Positions 62,962-64,000 of a stretch of DNA of 64,000 nucleotides are shown here, in pieces. Where the stretch lies: positions 64,001-128,000 of IMG/VR virus record IMGVR_UViG_3300027759_003534, one strand, 5' to 3'. Within the stretch, counting starts at the first letter, position 1; every line of letters starts with the position of its first letter. The stretch is from a virus. The position numbers and the translations under genes were made by a program. Under the pieces are notes generated by a model that was not told the origin of the DNA, did not search any database, and saw only the letters and a list, made by a program, of their open reading frames with translations.

Positions 62962-64000
62962 CATTACCACACGATAAATTCTGCGTACTACCTTGGATTA
63001 GTTTAGAAACTAGTCCCGTAGGTACTGTACGTCCTTGTTGTCTAGCTGAAGACGAACTGGTAGACAATGCTGGAGATAAGTTTAATCTAGCCACGGCTGA
63101 GTTTAGTACTATACAAAACAGCCACGGTATGCGTCGGTTGCGTCAAGAGTTCATTGACCGGAAACAGCCACAAACATGCCGCAAGTGCTGGAGAGAAGAA
63201 CGTGCAGGCCGCACTAGTAAACGTATGCATACCTTAGATCGTTTAAAGCACATGTTGGATCACGTAACAGACTGGACCGTAGACGCCAAGCCCTTGATGT
63301 TTTTAGATCTCAAGCTGGGTAACATATGTAACTTAAAATGCCGCATATGCGGATCATGGAGTTCAAGTACATTTGCCGCAGAGGAACTGGCCAATCTAGA
63401 ACCCACGGAAGATCGTAAAACAAATCATCATTATCAAATGCTACGTCAAGGCGCTTGGCCCAGAGAAAATCTCAAGTTTTGGTCGGAGATAGCTCAGGTA
63501 AGCGATCAAATTGAGTATATAGAGTTTACCGGCGGTGAACCCTTTATGATACAAGAACACTTTGACCTGTTGCAGGACCTGGTAGATCGTGACCTAGCCC
63601 AGAACATAGAAATACACTACAACACCAATGGTACACAATACCCTGAGCAAGGCCCTGAGATATGGCGCCACTTTCAGCATGTAGAAATAGCCGTCAGCAT
63701 AGACGATGTGGGTGATAGATTTGAATATCAACGCTCAAATGCTCTTTGGGCAGAAGTAGAAGCCAATATAGCCCGTTTTAAAACTCTACGTAGCCAACAT
63801 TCTAATATGACTCTACAGGTATGTAGCACAGTGAATGTGTTTAACGTGTATTACTTGCCAGAACTGGCCAAATGGAATTATGCACAAGGATTTGACTATG
63901 TGTATTGGAACATGATGCACGAAGCCTACTACTTTAGCGTCAGCACATTGCCCGAAGCCGCAAAAGCAGATATTACTGCAAAACTACGCACCGGCAAGAG
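62958..64000 (+). CDS. N-terminal-Twitch radical SAM protein 5 (partial, runs off window)
   Basis: Not in the track. GTG start overlaps the previous TGA: MTLPHDKFCVLPW...RPCCL...CRKCW...LGNICNLKCRIC...FTGGEP. Confidence 0.88.
   Translation, partial: MTLPHDKFCVLPWISLETSPVGTVRPCCLAEDELVDNAGDKFNLATAEFSTIQNSHGMRRLRQEFIDRKQPQTCRKCWREERAGRTSKRMHTLDRLKHMLDHVTDWTVDAKPLMFLDLKLGNICNLKCRICGSWSSSTFAAEELANLEPTEDRKTNHHYQMLRQGAWPRENLKFWSEIAQVSDQIEYIEFTGGEPFMIQEHFDLLQDLVDRDLAQNIEIHYNTNGTQYPEQGPEIWRHFQHVEIAVSIDDVGDRFEYQRSNALWAEVEANIARFKTLRSQHSNMTLQVCSTVNVFNVYYLPELAKWNYAQGFDYVYWNMMHEAYYFSVSTLPEAAKADITAKLRTGK

Noticed and set aside
1-64000. Stop-codon reassignment, as seen in some large phages
   Set aside because: TAA, TAG (9699, 12805) and TGA (33195, 48090) all end genes at sensible places, and core genes are full length in code 11.
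1-64000. tRNA, rRNA, integrase or transposase genes
   Set aside because: None recognised. GGTTCGA-like hits (e.g. near 3790) fall within coding sequence without cloverleaf context. tRNAscan-SE would be needed to exclude atypical tRNAs.

Overview
64 kb of a large T4-like myovirus genome, read in standard genetic code 11. No tRNA, rRNA or CRISPR array was seen. Layout: (i) 1-11918, mostly minus strand, holds the head module (portal gp20, acidic core protein, protease gp21, scaffold gp22, major capsid gp23), a tape-measure-like gene, an HNH/NUMOD3 homing endonuclease and two glycosyltransferase-like genes. (ii) 11963-21329 holds a gp26/gp51-like chaperone pair joined by a -1 slippery site, a DUF1415 / ATE1-Bpt-like aminoacyl-transferase / DUF6614-like trio, a ~420-nt densely structured non-coding element downstream of a minimal GIY-YIG nuclease, a radical SAM gene, gp46/gp47 split by an AT-rich sulfotransferase island, and a gp55-like late sigma factor. 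(iii) 21443-51020, plus strand, is the baseplate/tail module, including a 14.7-kb gene of ~4900 aa. (iv) 51092-64000 is a modification cluster of glycosyltransferases, an amidinotransferase and at least five N-terminal-Twitch radical SAM paralogues. A TAAATA late-promoter motif precedes most structural genes, often only 4-7 nt before the ATG, which implies leaderless mRNAs. The best candidates for new biology are the GIY-YIG-linked structured RNA, the phage ATE1-like transferase and the radical SAM/glycosylation array. All family assignments come from motifs recognised by eye; no database search was run.
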